This document shows positions 48,870 to 58,479 of a stretch of DNA of 64,000 nt, in pieces. A program made the translations under genes and the position numbers. The DNA is taken from the IMG/VR virus record IMGVR_UViG_3300025765_000001, one strand, 5' to 3'. Below the pieces are notes generated by a model. The model saw nothing but the letters and a program-made list of their open reading frames with translations. It had not been told where the DNA came from and made no database searches. The stretch is from a virus. Lineage: Duplodnaviria > Heunggongvirae > Uroviricota > Caudoviricetes. Positions within the stretch are counted from its first letter, which is position 1. Each line of letters begins with the position of its first letter.

Positions 48870-49715
48870 TCAATCGTGCTTCTTATAGGAACGCACGACT
48901 TTTTGTACAAAGTCCGTGTTTGAAGTCGGATTTTGTTCTAGCAGTGCCTCCATTGGGTCGTCATTACCGATGGTGAAAATTGTACCCTGGTAGTCATAGG
49001 CGAAATATTTCTTATGAAAAACTGGCGGTAGTCCGAATTTGTAGTGGATGAAGTTGATTTCGGGGGTGTCGTGTAATAGTGAGGTCTCCATCTTCTTAGC
49101 CATACCGCTAATCCTCGCAAGATAATCATACATTGTCAATATCCAGGCCCCACGCTCCGCCCACTTCTCAGGGCCATATTCATCTAGCAGCTTTTCCATG
49201 CGGACGCCAACTCGATAGAAGAAAGCCGTAGGTATGTCCTTCAAGAAAGCTATAACATCGCCCAAAGGAATCCAGGGCACGGAATCTTTTGATAGTCCTA
49301 TGTCACTCTTGATTCGCAGAATTTCCGATTCTAGTTTGTCCTTGAGATTCTCGTCTTCCGAGTAGTCGAAGATGAGGTTATGTGTAGTATCTTCTTTGAA
49401 GTCCAGCGGATTCTGCAAAATCATATCCGGGTGAATCATTGCGAAAGGCTGCTTTAGCAAACCATTCTCTAGTGCAATGATGACGGCGAAGGTCTTGTTG
49501 AGCGGCAGGTATTTTCTGTCACGACCTACATTCTCATGTAGAAACTTGTTCTTGTGGGCCGTGATATTCTTGGACCAGATTCCCCTAGAATCGTCATTCT
49601 TGGCAACCCCAATGACCAACTGATCTTCTAGTTTTTGCATCTTGAAACTTTCGATCAACAACTCAACCTGCCAATGGTGGTATGGAGTGTTCTCTATGCT
49701 TACGAAGTATTGCAT
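48870..49715 (-). CDS. second HPAT/SGT1-like glycosyltransferase paralog
   Basis: SIEN.PY..WQ.ELL.ESFK, YLPLNK, HPDM; clearly similar to 33175..34026. Confidence 0.65.
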   Translation of the reverse strand: MQYFVSIENTPYHHWQVELLIESFKMQKLEDQLVIGVAKNDDSRGIWSKNITAHKNKFLHENVGRDRKYLPLNKTFAVIIALENGLLKQPFAMIHPDMILQNPLDFKEDTTHNLIFDYSEDENLKDKLESEILRIKSDIGLSKDSVPWIPLGDVIAFLKDIPTAFFYRVGVRMEKLLDEYGPEKWAERGAWILTMYDYLARISGMAKKMETSLLHDTPEINFIHYKFGLPPVFHKKYFAYDYQGTIFTIGNDDPMEALLEQNPTSNTDFVQKVVRSYKKHD

Positions 49716-49752
49716 GTTCACCTTTCTTGATTCTTCCCTTGAAGGAATAGAG

Positions 49753-50085
49753 TTATTCAATGCAAAACTTTTGCTCAAAGATGCAGTACACTTCAGAATA
49801 AGCTACACCCCAAGCAGCGTCATGCACCTTTTCGCTAAATTCGTTTGCATCCATTGAATCATGGAGATGGTTCCAGGCACGAGCATGTGCCCATTCGTGT
49901 AGGAGGGCGTCGATGGCTCGATGCTCATCGACTATTTTTCTATTTATGCGGATATAGAACTTATTCTTGTGCTTGCTGCAATCACCGTCATCACCGTCCG
50001 CCATCCGAACCCTCCTAACCGTCACCGGGTACGCACAAGGACATTCTCTTTTCAAGAAATAGATCAGTCTACGAAAGTTGGTCAT
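49753..50085 (-). CDS. small zinc metallopeptidase-like protein
   Basis: LLHEWAH; H.AAW. Confidence 0.7.
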   Translation of the reverse strand: MTNFRRLIYFLKRECPCAYPVTVRRVRMADGDDGDCSKHKNKFYIRINRKIVDEHRAIDALLHEWAHARAWNHLHDSMDANEFSEKVHDAAWGVAYSEVYCIFEQKFCIE

Positions 50086-50131
50086 GTCAAACCTCCCAAG
50101 ACATCCATACTATATCTGACAGGAGGTTGGT

Positions 50132-51068
50132 ATGAAAAGTGATACAATTCTAAGGCTAGTTTGCTGTAGCTTGCCGTTTCTATTAACTTTCGCCCTGCTC
50201 TACAAACTACACCTGAAATCACGGTTAGCCCCGCCGCTGGTAGAGAGGCCCAATCCGTTTGTACATCCTCATATCCAGCCGCCAGCAGACCCGCCCAAGC
50301 CACCTAAAGTCCTACCGCCACAGAAGATAGAGCCAGAATGGACGAACTACCCCCCCGCTCAGGAATGTAACTGACGCTAGGTTAGGCAGGGTGTTGGCGG
50401 ACATCGAATCACACATGCCCGCTGGTCATATCTATAAGGACAACGATTTAATTACTTGGGGTCATGAAACCACCCACGGTATCAATAGTCATCTTCGCAT
50501 GAAATTCCAGCGGGGAGGTTACGGCTGGGATGGCAAGCAATGGCTAATCACTCAACAGGCCAGAATCAATGGATTTTACGTTCTAGAGAATCGGGCTGCA
50601 ATCATTAACGAGCCAAACACCACTATTAGGGCAGCCGCCGCCCTGGTGCCGAGAACGCTACGTAGCGGGGTCTATAACCTCTACATGGTACAACAAGCCG
50701 GTCAATGGAATGATACCCCTCTCTATGTGTTCGATGAGTGGGTAGCTTATACAAATGGATCGGCTGTGAGACTTAACCTCAAGATCACCAGCAGAGGGGA
50801 AACAGTTCTCTACATGCTAGAGTTCAACAACTACGCCATTGCTGTAGCAATGGCTTGTAAGACCGAGAATCAGCAGTTCAAGAAGTTCCTTATGTGGCAC
50901 TTGGAGAGGACGATGGAGTTGTACCGCCAGAATTTGTTGCTTGGCGACGTTTCTCAGGCCACAGCCTACTTAGAAAAGACGAAGACTTCGCCGGACGCTG
51001 AGGAGCTTCGGGCGTTTGCTCGCCAGTATTTTGGGACAGAGTGGACGCAGCGAGTGTTGGGATACTAG
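50132..51068 (+). pseudogene. membrane-anchored HExxH protein split by a +1 frameshift in a C7 run
   Basis: deleting one C at 50350-50356 fuses 50132..50374 to 50391..51068 (NYPPLRNVTDARLGRVLADIESH...HETTH). Confidence 0.7.
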
Positions 51069-52191
51069 GTTGTGGGTGGGCCACGGTCTGCGGAAGCAGT
51101 TTCAATATCTTCCTGGCGAACTCGCCGTGTTCCGGGTGGTCCTTCATATTCTCTGCCCACTGGCCCATGTAAAAGTAACCATAGGAAACAGCCTTCGCTA
51201 GACCGGCAGCTATAGCTTCGCCAATGCCCGGAGCAATCGCAGCCCCTACTAGCATGGCTAGAGGTATAGTCGCACCACTATAGACGCTTAGCTTGCCTAC
51301 TTCGGACATCCAATGAAGGAGATTTTCACGATTGCCTCTATCTAGCGGGTTCTTCATAAATTTGGCTAGAGCAAACACAAACATAATTTTGGCATAGATT
51401 GCTTTGGGCAACGTGGCAAGAAACTTCTTCAACCCAACCCATTTATCTACTTTGCCAATGAGTCCAAAGAATCTACTAACTGCATTCTCAACATTTTGTG
51501 CGACCTCTGGATCGACCACGGCTACACCGAACTCGATAGCTCCCTGGGTAAACATTTCTTGAATGAATGTCACATCTTGCTCTAGTTCCATCCACTCCTT
51601 GAAGTTCAATGGTGCAACTGGAATTGGAGGATTCGTTGATTGGTTGTTGATAGGTGGAACATGTTCTTTGGCTGGCGGGTGTCCCGGTTTGTTAGATGTC
51701 CACGGCGAGTCATCCGCTGCCAGTGTGTATTTCAGCGTGATCTTACCAAACATCCTGTTGAGTTCATTTGTTTTAATAGACTGGTCAGGTCCGATGATCT
51801 TCTGAATGATATCATCGGCACGTTGACCATAGCCTCTCAAGAAGAGTTCGGCTTTATTGTCGATAATGAGATTGGGTCTACTGTCTGGCCTGTGAGTCCA
51901 AAACTCCTCTTTCTCCCCCGGCATGGTATTTGATTTTATAGTGGTGAAATGCTGATTGATGATCGGGTCGATGTCCATATTGATGAATTTTCGACCAGCC
52001 TCCCTATCCATTTTCCACCTAGACTGAAGGAACAGGTAATCGCCAGGATACGGCTGTGCGTATTGCCAATCAAATGCGTCGGTAGGGTAAAGATAGCTGC
52101 CGAAGAACCAGTCCGAGCCGCTATCGTCAAATCCGGCCTCAGACAGTACCTTCTCCTTCTTTGCCAGCCACTCTTTGAAACTCATCCCCAT
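50890..52191 (-). CDS. CTS-like virion-associated hypothetical protein
   Basis: TAAATA 52196-52201; MSFKEWL...LSEA; second internal LNFKEWMELE; 3' end overlaps convergent gene. Confidence 0.65.
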   Translation of the reverse strand: MGMSFKEWLAKKEKVLSEAGFDDSGSDWFFGSYLYPTDAFDWQYAQPYPGDYLFLQSRWKMDREAGRKFINMDIDPIINQHFTTIKSNTMPGEKEEFWTHRPDSRPNLIIDNKAELFLRGYGQRADDIIQKIIGPDQSIKTNELNRMFGKITLKYTLAADDSPWTSNKPGHPPAKEHVPPINNQSTNPPIPVAPLNFKEWMELEQDVTFIQEMFTQGAIEFGVAVVDPEVAQNVENAVSRFFGLIGKVDKWVGLKKFLATLPKAIYAKIMFVFALAKFMKNPLDRGNRENLLHWMSEVGKLSVYSGATIPLAMLVGAAIAPGIGEAIAAGLAKAVSYGYFYMGQWAENMKDHPEHGEFARKILKLLPQTVAHPQPSIPTLAASTLSQNTGEQTPEAPQRPAKSSSFLSRLWPEKRRQATNSGGTTPSSSPSAT

Positions 52192-52194
52192 GCG

Positions 52195-52824
52195 TTATTT
52201 AGGTGGGTTGCGAGGAATTATCATAGTTCTAGGGTAAACGTCGATGCTGAAAAGGAGCTTGTACAGCATCTCGTTCTCGCATCTGTTTCCATTCATGTCG
52301 TGCGTGAACCTCCAAGCGTTGTCGAGTGTCTCTATGTCTATCTGGTATTTGGTCCCGCTCGCCGGGTCTGCGATAGTGAATTGCTTCTCGTTGAAGCCGA
52401 TAACTACAACAAAATGCCACGTCGTCTCACTGCTCCTCAGCAAAACAATGACGGGCCTGTCGTCAGAAATGAAGTGCTTTATGTTCGTTGTGCTACCCCA
52501 CCTGAGTTGAGCCGGAACGCCTAGATCGTTCATGGCTTTCTTGACCATAGATGGAGCGGTCATGCCTACGGGGGTTCCCTTCCAGGTGAACCATTCTGTT
52601 TTGGCGGCTTTCTCCACTTCCTTTATGGTCACGTCTTTACCATAATACTGTAGAACCATCGCACAGCTAGTTGGGCCACATGTTATATTATTTGGCTGTA
52701 CTAGCAGTTTGTCGAAACCATCTAACTCTTTTTCAGGTAGATGTGTTTCAAAGTGAGCATGGTATAAACCCAGCCCAATGAAACCGGCAACGCAAATAGC
52801 TAACAAAATAAAGGTCTTTCTCAT
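52195..52824 (-). CDS. C39-like cysteine peptidase with signal/TM
   Basis: Q....TCGPTS.AM, HFVVVIG, IADP. Confidence 0.88.
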   Translation of the reverse strand: MRKTFILLAICVAGFIGLGLYHAHFETHLPEKELDGFDKLLVQPNNITCGPTSCAMVLQYYGKDVTIKEVEKAAKTEWFTWKGTPVGMTAPSMVKKAMNDLGVPAQLRWGSTTNIKHFISDDRPVIVLLRSSETTWHFVVVIGFNEKQFTIADPASGTKYQIDIETLDNAWRFTHDMNGNRCENEMLYKLLFSIDVYPRTMIIPRNPPK

Positions 52825-53491
52825 GAGATTAGTCGTTTACGATTTCGATGGCACCCTTGCCACTGTACCAACCAAGCCAGACAAGGCTACTGCCAAACAG
52901 ATCGGCTGGGATGGTAAAGATTGGTGGGGCAGCGAAGCATCGCTAGTCCTCGAAAGTATAGTACCCAACGAAGAAGTAATCTCTGCGATGAAAGCAGACA
53001 AGCTAGACTCTAGTACCAAAGTTATTTTGGCAACGGGTCGTCGTGGGGTAGTAGCCCACCTTGTCAGAGCCTTCTTGCGGAGCCAGGGACTCTACGGAAA
53101 AAGGATGATTCCAGAAAGCAACAAGGATGCTCTTCGCAGGTTTCAACAGAGACTAGAGGCTGGCAAAGACTTGATCCATCCAGAAGAGACCCACCTGGAA
53201 TACTTCTGTGGAGATTTCGGGACCGAGGATGATTTCCCGAAGGGGAAGAAGGGCAAGCCCATTAGCGATACCATAGTCCACAAAAAGTATGTGATTGCCA
53301 AACACCTGCCGGTCAAGAAACTAGAGTTCTGGGAGGATCGAGACGACCACGTTCCGTTCTTCATTCGGATGGGACTCGACTGGCTTAAAAAGGGACTAGC
53401 AGAGGAGGTCTTGCTACACAAGGTCTTCGAGGTTCCTGAGAACCAGCCATACGTTCAACACATCCCGATCAAAGACGGGATGAAGAAATGA
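52823..53491 (+). CDS. HAD-family phosphatase (Swiss-Army-Knife RNA-repair-like)
   Basis: VYDFDGTL, WW....SL, LATGR, FWEDR..H. Confidence 0.8.
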   Translation: MRLVVYDFDGTLATVPTKPDKATAKQIGWDGKDWWGSEASLVLESIVPNEEVISAMKADKLDSSTKVILATGRRGVVAHLVRAFLRSQGLYGKRMIPESNKDALRRFQQRLEAGKDLIHPEETHLEYFCGDFGTEDDFPKGKKGKPISDTIVHKKYVIAKHLPVKKLEFWEDRDDHVPFFIRMGLDWLKKGLAEEVLLHKVFEVPENQPYVQHIPIKDGMKK

Positions 53492-53531
53492 AAAAACGCC
53501 CGGCTTCGCCGGGCGTTTTTTCATTTCTTCA
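53481..53531. terminator. bidirectional terminator; perfect 24-bp-arm palindrome
   Basis: TGAAGAAATGAAAAAACGCCCGGC-TTC-GCCGGGCGTTTTTTCATTTCTTCA. Confidence 0.85.
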
Positions 53532-53661
53532 AGGCTTTTGCTTTCAGTGCCGCCTGCTGCCTCTGTTGTAGTTGTTGCAACGTAATCAGTGGCACAAGGG
53601 CATTGGTTTTTCTAGGTGGGGCAGCGTTGTTTCTACTCCCACAGCCTCTACAGCATCCCAT
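53521..53661 (-). CDS. 46-aa protein (MGCCRGCG...)
   Basis: ORF not in track, follows CCA-like gene. Confidence 0.55.
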   Translation of the reverse strand: MGCCRGCGSRNNAAPPRKTNALVPLITLQQLQQRQQAALKAKALKK

Positions 53662-53684
53662 AGGATTTACCCCGCAACAAGTCA

Positions 53685-55154
53685 TTAGTCGTCTTTCATG
53701 AACTTTTCGACTTCCATATCGTCCACGATCTTGTTCTTCTTGAACTCGTCCTCATCGCCCTTGGCTTTACCAGATTTTACGGCGTCATCGAACTTCGTGG
53801 TCTTTCTCCAACCGGCAAACTTCTTGACGTGTTTAGCCCACCAAGGTCTCCGGTTTCTCTCTGTGCCTTTGATCTTGAACATATCTACCCAATCTTCGAT
53901 CTGTTGTTTGGATAGACCGGTTCCTTCTCGCTGAGCCATCATCTTCGGCAGATGTTCTGGTGCGAATTCCTTAAGCTTCAACAGGAAGCAAACGGCATTC
54001 TTTTCGTCGTCGCCCCAGCCCGACTTTTTTATCTGGCCGTTGTCGTCTTCGTAATCACCAGCTAGAGCCTTCTCGACGGCTTCGACAGGATTGTGTTGGA
54101 GCAACCATGCCAAGGCAAGGGCTTTGTCCTTCTTGTCGGAAATCTCAACCGGGACGCCCGAAGGCGGATCGAACTTGAGTCCTGGGAAGACCTTTTTGAG
54201 TAGATCGGTCTTCTTGTACATGTTGATATAGCACTTTGGATCGATATCTGGGTGTAGCAGACCCTTGAGAAACTCTTCTTTCACCTGATCCCCTGGCACG
54301 CCGTCTAGGTCACGGAATCTGCCGATAGCTTTCTCGATCTTCTCGTCCATTGGACCCTTACCATAGCGGCAATGCAGTCTCACGGCACGCATGACACGAA
54401 TCTTGTCTTCCTTGAATTTCTGCTCTGGGTCGCCGATTGTCTTGATAACACCTTGCATTGTGTCGTAGTGCCCAGTCTCGGTTGGATCGTATAACTTAGT
54501 GTTGGGGCCGTCCGATTTACTCAACTCGATGTAATTTGCGTTCATGGTCAAGTCACGGCCTTGGGCGTCATCCTTGGGGTTATCGGTGAAATCGGCGTTA
54601 GCCGAGCCAAACGAAACCTTGGGGTCACGTCTCATGGTATTGATGTCAAACTCCTCGCCCTCGACCGTGGCCTTGATAGAGTATGCCTTCTTCTCCTTGC
54701 TATTGTCTTTGGCTCCGCAGTTCCAGATGAGCTTGTCACCTTCCTTTGCCACTTCTGGCTTAAAGGTGAGTTTGAGGTTTTCAGTCGGACAATCCCCAGC
54801 CATCTTGAAGCCAGCGGAGTGTAAAATCTGTGCGGTTTGTTCAGGAGTGGCGTTTGTTACCAAGCTGTATTTTCTAACAGACTTGCCACGGAGGAAGTCA
54901 CGCACAGAGCCTCCGGTGAGGAAGAGACTCTTCTTAGGCATCGTCATTTCCTTAGTGGTGTCGCCCATGATCTTTACTTCGGCACTCTTCACGAATGCAT
55001 CAATAATCGGACGTAGTTTCGGGGGTGGAACGAAACCTGGATCAATCTGGGTGAACTTCTTCTTCCAGTCTTTGTCGGCTCCACTTTCGCCACTTCCAGA
55101 AGGGTTGTCGCCTTCCTTCAGCAACACATAGTCTTTGAATGATTTGAAACTCAT
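53685..55154 (-). CDS. CCA-adding/poly(A) polymerase family protein, catalytic Asp residues substituted
   Basis: GGSVRD, (D)A.GRDLTMNA, EDKIRVMRAVR; DxD position reads KYS. Confidence 0.85.
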   Translation of the reverse strand: MSFKSFKDYVLLKEGDNPSGSGESGADKDWKKKFTQIDPGFVPPPKLRPIIDAFVKSAEVKIMGDTTKEMTMPKKSLFLTGGSVRDFLRGKSVRKYSLVTNATPEQTAQILHSAGFKMAGDCPTENLKLTFKPEVAKEGDKLIWNCGAKDNSKEKKAYSIKATVEGEEFDINTMRRDPKVSFGSANADFTDNPKDDAQGRDLTMNANYIELSKSDGPNTKLYDPTETGHYDTMQGVIKTIGDPEQKFKEDKIRVMRAVRLHCRYGKGPMDEKIEKAIGRFRDLDGVPGDQVKEEFLKGLLHPDIDPKCYINMYKKTDLLKKVFPGLKFDPPSGVPVEISDKKDKALALAWLLQHNPVEAVEKALAGDYEDDNGQIKKSGWGDDEKNAVCFLLKLKEFAPEHLPKMMAQREGTGLSKQQIEDWVDMFKIKGTERNRRPWWAKHVKKFAGWRKTTKFDDAVKSGKAKGDEDEFKKNKIVDDMEVEKFMKDD

Positions 55155-55192
55155 ATCTGCTCCTGTGCTATTTAGAACGCCGCCTGCTAGTT

Positions 55193-55894
55193 TTAGAACC
55201 TATTGGCACCTATATTTCTCCTTTGACCTGCCGTGTCCTGAGATTGGGCACCAACCTTGTCGAAGTTCAAGGCATCGCTCAATTGATTGCCGTAGAAGAT
55301 GTCGTCTCTCGGCCAACGGTATTGTCCGTATGCCACGATTTTCCACTGCCCGTTCCCTAAGTCCTGTTCATCGCCGTACTCGTTATGGTGTGGCGGCTTG
55401 TGTGCCAACAACACGGCTGCATTGGGCTGAACTGGTTTGTACTCACCTTCTTTCCAGAAAGCGGGTTTACCACCGCTGCCGGAAAAGTTGCCCAGGTATT
55501 GATCTCGCATGAAGTCATTCATCTTTCGATGCAACTCCAATCTCATCTGCTTGGCTTCGTTGACATCCCTGGCCTGAACGGTCTCTTCTTTTTCTAGAGT
55601 AAAGTAGTTCTGACTTCGGCTGGATTGTAGCTCATAATCGCTGAAGAAAGGCTGGAACATCCCAGAGTTAGGCACTTCCGTACTGCCGCCACGAGCTTTA
55701 TCAATAGCACCGAATAAAGCACCGGTTGCAATGTTCATGGTGTCTAGGCCGGGACGAATTCTCTGTCTATTACGCCAGTAGTCGTAGGCATCACCGCCTT
55801 GTCCTTGGCTCCAGAGGGTACTGCCTCTCACTTTGTAGCCGTGCTCCGGTGCTTCTTCTTGTTCCCGAAGCCAATCCTTGAATGAAATGTTCAT
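55193..55894 (-). CDS. CTS-like hypothetical protein
   Basis: TAAATA 55900-55905; MNISFKDWLREQE. Confidence 0.75.
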   Translation of the reverse strand: MNISFKDWLREQEEAPEHGYKVRGSTLWSQGQGGDAYDYWRNRQRIRPGLDTMNIATGALFGAIDKARGGSTEVPNSGMFQPFFSDYELQSSRSQNYFTLEKEETVQARDVNEAKQMRLELHRKMNDFMRDQYLGNFSGSGGKPAFWKEGEYKPVQPNAAVLLAHKPPHHNEYGDEQDLGNGQWKIVAYGQYRWPRDDIFYGNQLSDALNFDKVGAQSQDTAGQRRNIGANRF

Positions 55895-55970
55895 GTTGGT
55901 ATTTATGATCTGCTTGGGGAAAACCACTTTACGCAGAGCCTTTTTGCACTAGAATGGAGATGGAGGTTAT

Positions 55971-56231
55971 ATGGCTACGTTTCAAGCAGTCCGGTGTTCG
56001 GTTTGCGGGCTAACAGTTCGGCCCGGCAATTACGGCGACCAGAAACAGGCGATTCCTGGCCCTCACTGGCCTGTTACGAACGAAGATACGTTTATGGCGT
56101 ACCAATCGGACTATTGGGGCGATGCCGACTTCAGCACGTTCTGCCAGGGGAGTGACAAACCGGGGCCAGTTGTGAATTGTGAGTTGCTCTCGCCGCCCGA
56201 ATCGTTCATCCCTTTCTTGGATGAGAATTAG
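55971..56231 (+). CDS. hypothetical protein
   Basis: GGAGG RBS; CSVC. Confidence 0.65.
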   Translation: MATFQAVRCSVCGLTVRPGNYGDQKQAIPGPHWPVTNEDTFMAYQSDYWGDADFSTFCQGSDKPGPVVNCELLSPPESFIPFLDEN

Positions 56232-56635
56232 GGTACTGCTGGTGCCTGAAGCCCCAACTTGAACAGCAAGTAAGCCGCCAGCAAGACCCAAAGAATCTGC
56301 AAAACGAACCCGCCTATAGTCTTCCACCGGTTCTCGGAAGCGGCGGTAGATTTCTCTACACCCGCCATCTTCAGTTCCATCTGATGGAACGATTCTTTCA
56401 TCTTCTCTACATCGTTCTGCATGGCAGCACCATTCCGTGACTCCAACATCGTCACTCGGATTGCCAAGGCATTGATCTCTTTCAGTTGTGCATCGATCTT
56501 ATCCTCTAGGTCTTCTTGTTTCTTCATCATGAGTTGAACCCTTTCATCAACCCTCGTAGTCAACTCGAAGATAGATTGGATGGATTCTTGCACTTGTGAG
56601 TAATACGAGGCTTCATTTTGATTCGGCATTGCCAC
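56228..56635 (-). CDS. coiled-coil protein with C-terminal TM (holin/XhlA-like architecture)
   Basis: heptads then one TM. Confidence 0.65.
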   Translation of the reverse strand: MAMPNQNEASYYSQVQESIQSIFELTTRVDERVQLMMKKQEDLEDKIDAQLKEINALAIRVTMLESRNGAAMQNDVEKMKESFHQMELKMAGVEKSTAASENRWKTIGGFVLQILWVLLAAYLLFKLGLQAPAVP

Positions 56636-56679
56636 TCCACAAGGTTAAGATTCCTAGTTGTCACCGTATATATCATGTT

Positions 56680-57168
56680 ATGACTAAAGAAGACCGAGCA
56701 GAAACCAAAATTGAGGAGAAGACACCACTTTCGACGCCGGAATTAGAAAAACTACTTCCAACTATGAATGTGGGCATGGTCCCGCAGAAACAAGAAGAGG
56801 GTGGCGAACTATCTCGCCTCATCAGCGACGACGCTCTTCTAGGGGTCTATGCAGAGATCATGGGCAACCTTCGTGACGACCGCAAAGAGCTAGATGAATA
56901 CATATCAACTTTCGCCAACATGGTCCTGAATGACGGTGATGCTACTACATCAAGTAAAGAGGCGTTGGTGAATCTGGTGAAGATCAAGAGTGACATCCCA
57001 GACAAGATGGCGAAGGTCGCCGATCTGATGACCAGGATCAAGCTGAAAGAGCGTGATACTTTCCCAAGATATTTGGCGGCACACCAGAACAACACCATCA
57101 ACATAGGCGAAGGCGGCTCCAAGCGAGCCTTGTTAGAAGCCATCGAACAAGCGAAGAAGGGCAAGTAA
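56680..57168 (+). CDS. hypothetical protein
   Basis: first gene of tightly packed + strand cluster. Confidence 0.7.
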   Translation: MTKEDRAETKIEEKTPLSTPELEKLLPTMNVGMVPQKQEEGGELSRLISDDALLGVYAEIMGNLRDDRKELDEYISTFANMVLNDGDATTSSKEALVNLVKIKSDIPDKMAKVADLMTRIKLKERDTFPRYLAAHQNNTINIGEGGSKRALLEAIEQAKKGK

Positions 57169-58479
57169 ATGAGAGACTATATCATTCAGGACTGGCTTAA
57201 AACTCTAAAGGAGGCTGACATACCCGCTGCCGGTGGTCAACCTGATCCTGCCGCTGGTGGACCGCCCGCTAGCGATTCAGGGCTAGCCAATGCCGGAAAC
57301 CCGATGCCCGGCGATCCCAATGTAGCGGCTCAACCCGCACCCGACATGGGCCAGGGTGGACCGGCACCTGTAGATGTAAACCAAGACCCGGCTACGCCAG
57401 ATATGCCCGACGAGGAGCCACAGGCCAAAGACTTTGAGGTATGGAAGAAGAACTACCTCAAGGAGTCAGTTAAGGGTGATGTAAACATACTGAAGAGTCT
57501 GTTGAGTCAGGTTCGTGACAAAGAACTAGATGCTTACCAAACCAAGTTTGTTGAAGATAATTGGAGCGTCCAGTTGATCCGTGAGAACGCCAATGTGCTG
57601 AAGTGTTCCAAAGAAGTACGTTCAATGTTGAAGGATCAACTTGATAGAAACAATCCAGCTACTTCTTTGGTAAACCACATCACCACGTCGCTAGAAACGG
57701 TGCCGATGCTGTCCACCATCTTCTTAAAGCTCGCTGGTTACGGAGCGTTGAAGGGCGATTTACACCGCAAGTTTGTCTGTGCCTTGATGGGCGGCGTTCA
57801 AGTCGGCAGTGGAGCCAATCTGGAAGACCTTATCTACAACGAGAAAGACTTCGCTATCCTTATCTCCACTCGATTCAATTCTCAGTGGGGCGACGTAATG
57901 TTGGGAGACTGGTCCCTGAAAGAAGACGACCCCAAGAAGTACCTGTCGGCCCCGGAACTAAAAAAGCTCACGTCCGGCAGCCCAGAAGAGAAAGATGTCC
58001 TTCGACGCCGTGTGGTGGTCGAATCGATAGCGAAGCAGTTCGAGACCAGAGCATTCATCATCAGCGTTGTTGACGAAGACGGGACAATCTACTGGTTTGG
58101 TTGGGATATAGCCAACTCTCTGAGGACGGCCTACTCCGATGGCAAACTGGTGGTCAGAACTAAGGCTTCCGACAACAGCGAGGCCATGATAAACGGCAAG
58201 GGTGAGATAATTCCTCTGCTTGGTCTAAGTCTGCATTATGTCAAGAAGACCGGACGGCAGGGCGAGGACGGCTTACCTGAGAAAGAAGAGTTGGAGTTCC
58301 TAGAGAGGAAGCAGGGCACTTTGTTCCTGTCGGCTAGTCTACAGACACTCAAAGAGGCTTCGATGTCTTTGGCCGGGGCTGTGTTCAAGGGAGTGCCCTA
58401 CAACGGCAATCCGAGTGATTTGAAAGTGCTGAAGAGATGCGTTTACTCGGCACACGACCTAATTATGAGGCAGTGCTAA
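57169..58479 (+). CDS. putative virion protein
   Basis: IQDWLKTLKEA N-terminus + Pro/Ala-rich linker. Confidence 0.7.
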   Translation: MRDYIIQDWLKTLKEADIPAAGGQPDPAAGGPPASDSGLANAGNPMPGDPNVAAQPAPDMGQGGPAPVDVNQDPATPDMPDEEPQAKDFEVWKKNYLKESVKGDVNILKSLLSQVRDKELDAYQTKFVEDNWSVQLIRENANVLKCSKEVRSMLKDQLDRNNPATSLVNHITTSLETVPMLSTIFLKLAGYGALKGDLHRKFVCALMGGVQVGSGANLEDLIYNEKDFAILISTRFNSQWGDVMLGDWSLKEDDPKKYLSAPELKKLTSGSPEEKDVLRRRVVVESIAKQFETRAFIISVVDEDGTIYWFGWDIANSLRTAYSDGKLVVRTKASDNSEAMINGKGEIIPLLGLSLHYVKKTGRQGEDGLPEKEELEFLERKQGTLFLSASLQTLKEASMSLAGAVFKGVPYNGNPSDLKVLKRCVYSAHDLIMRQC

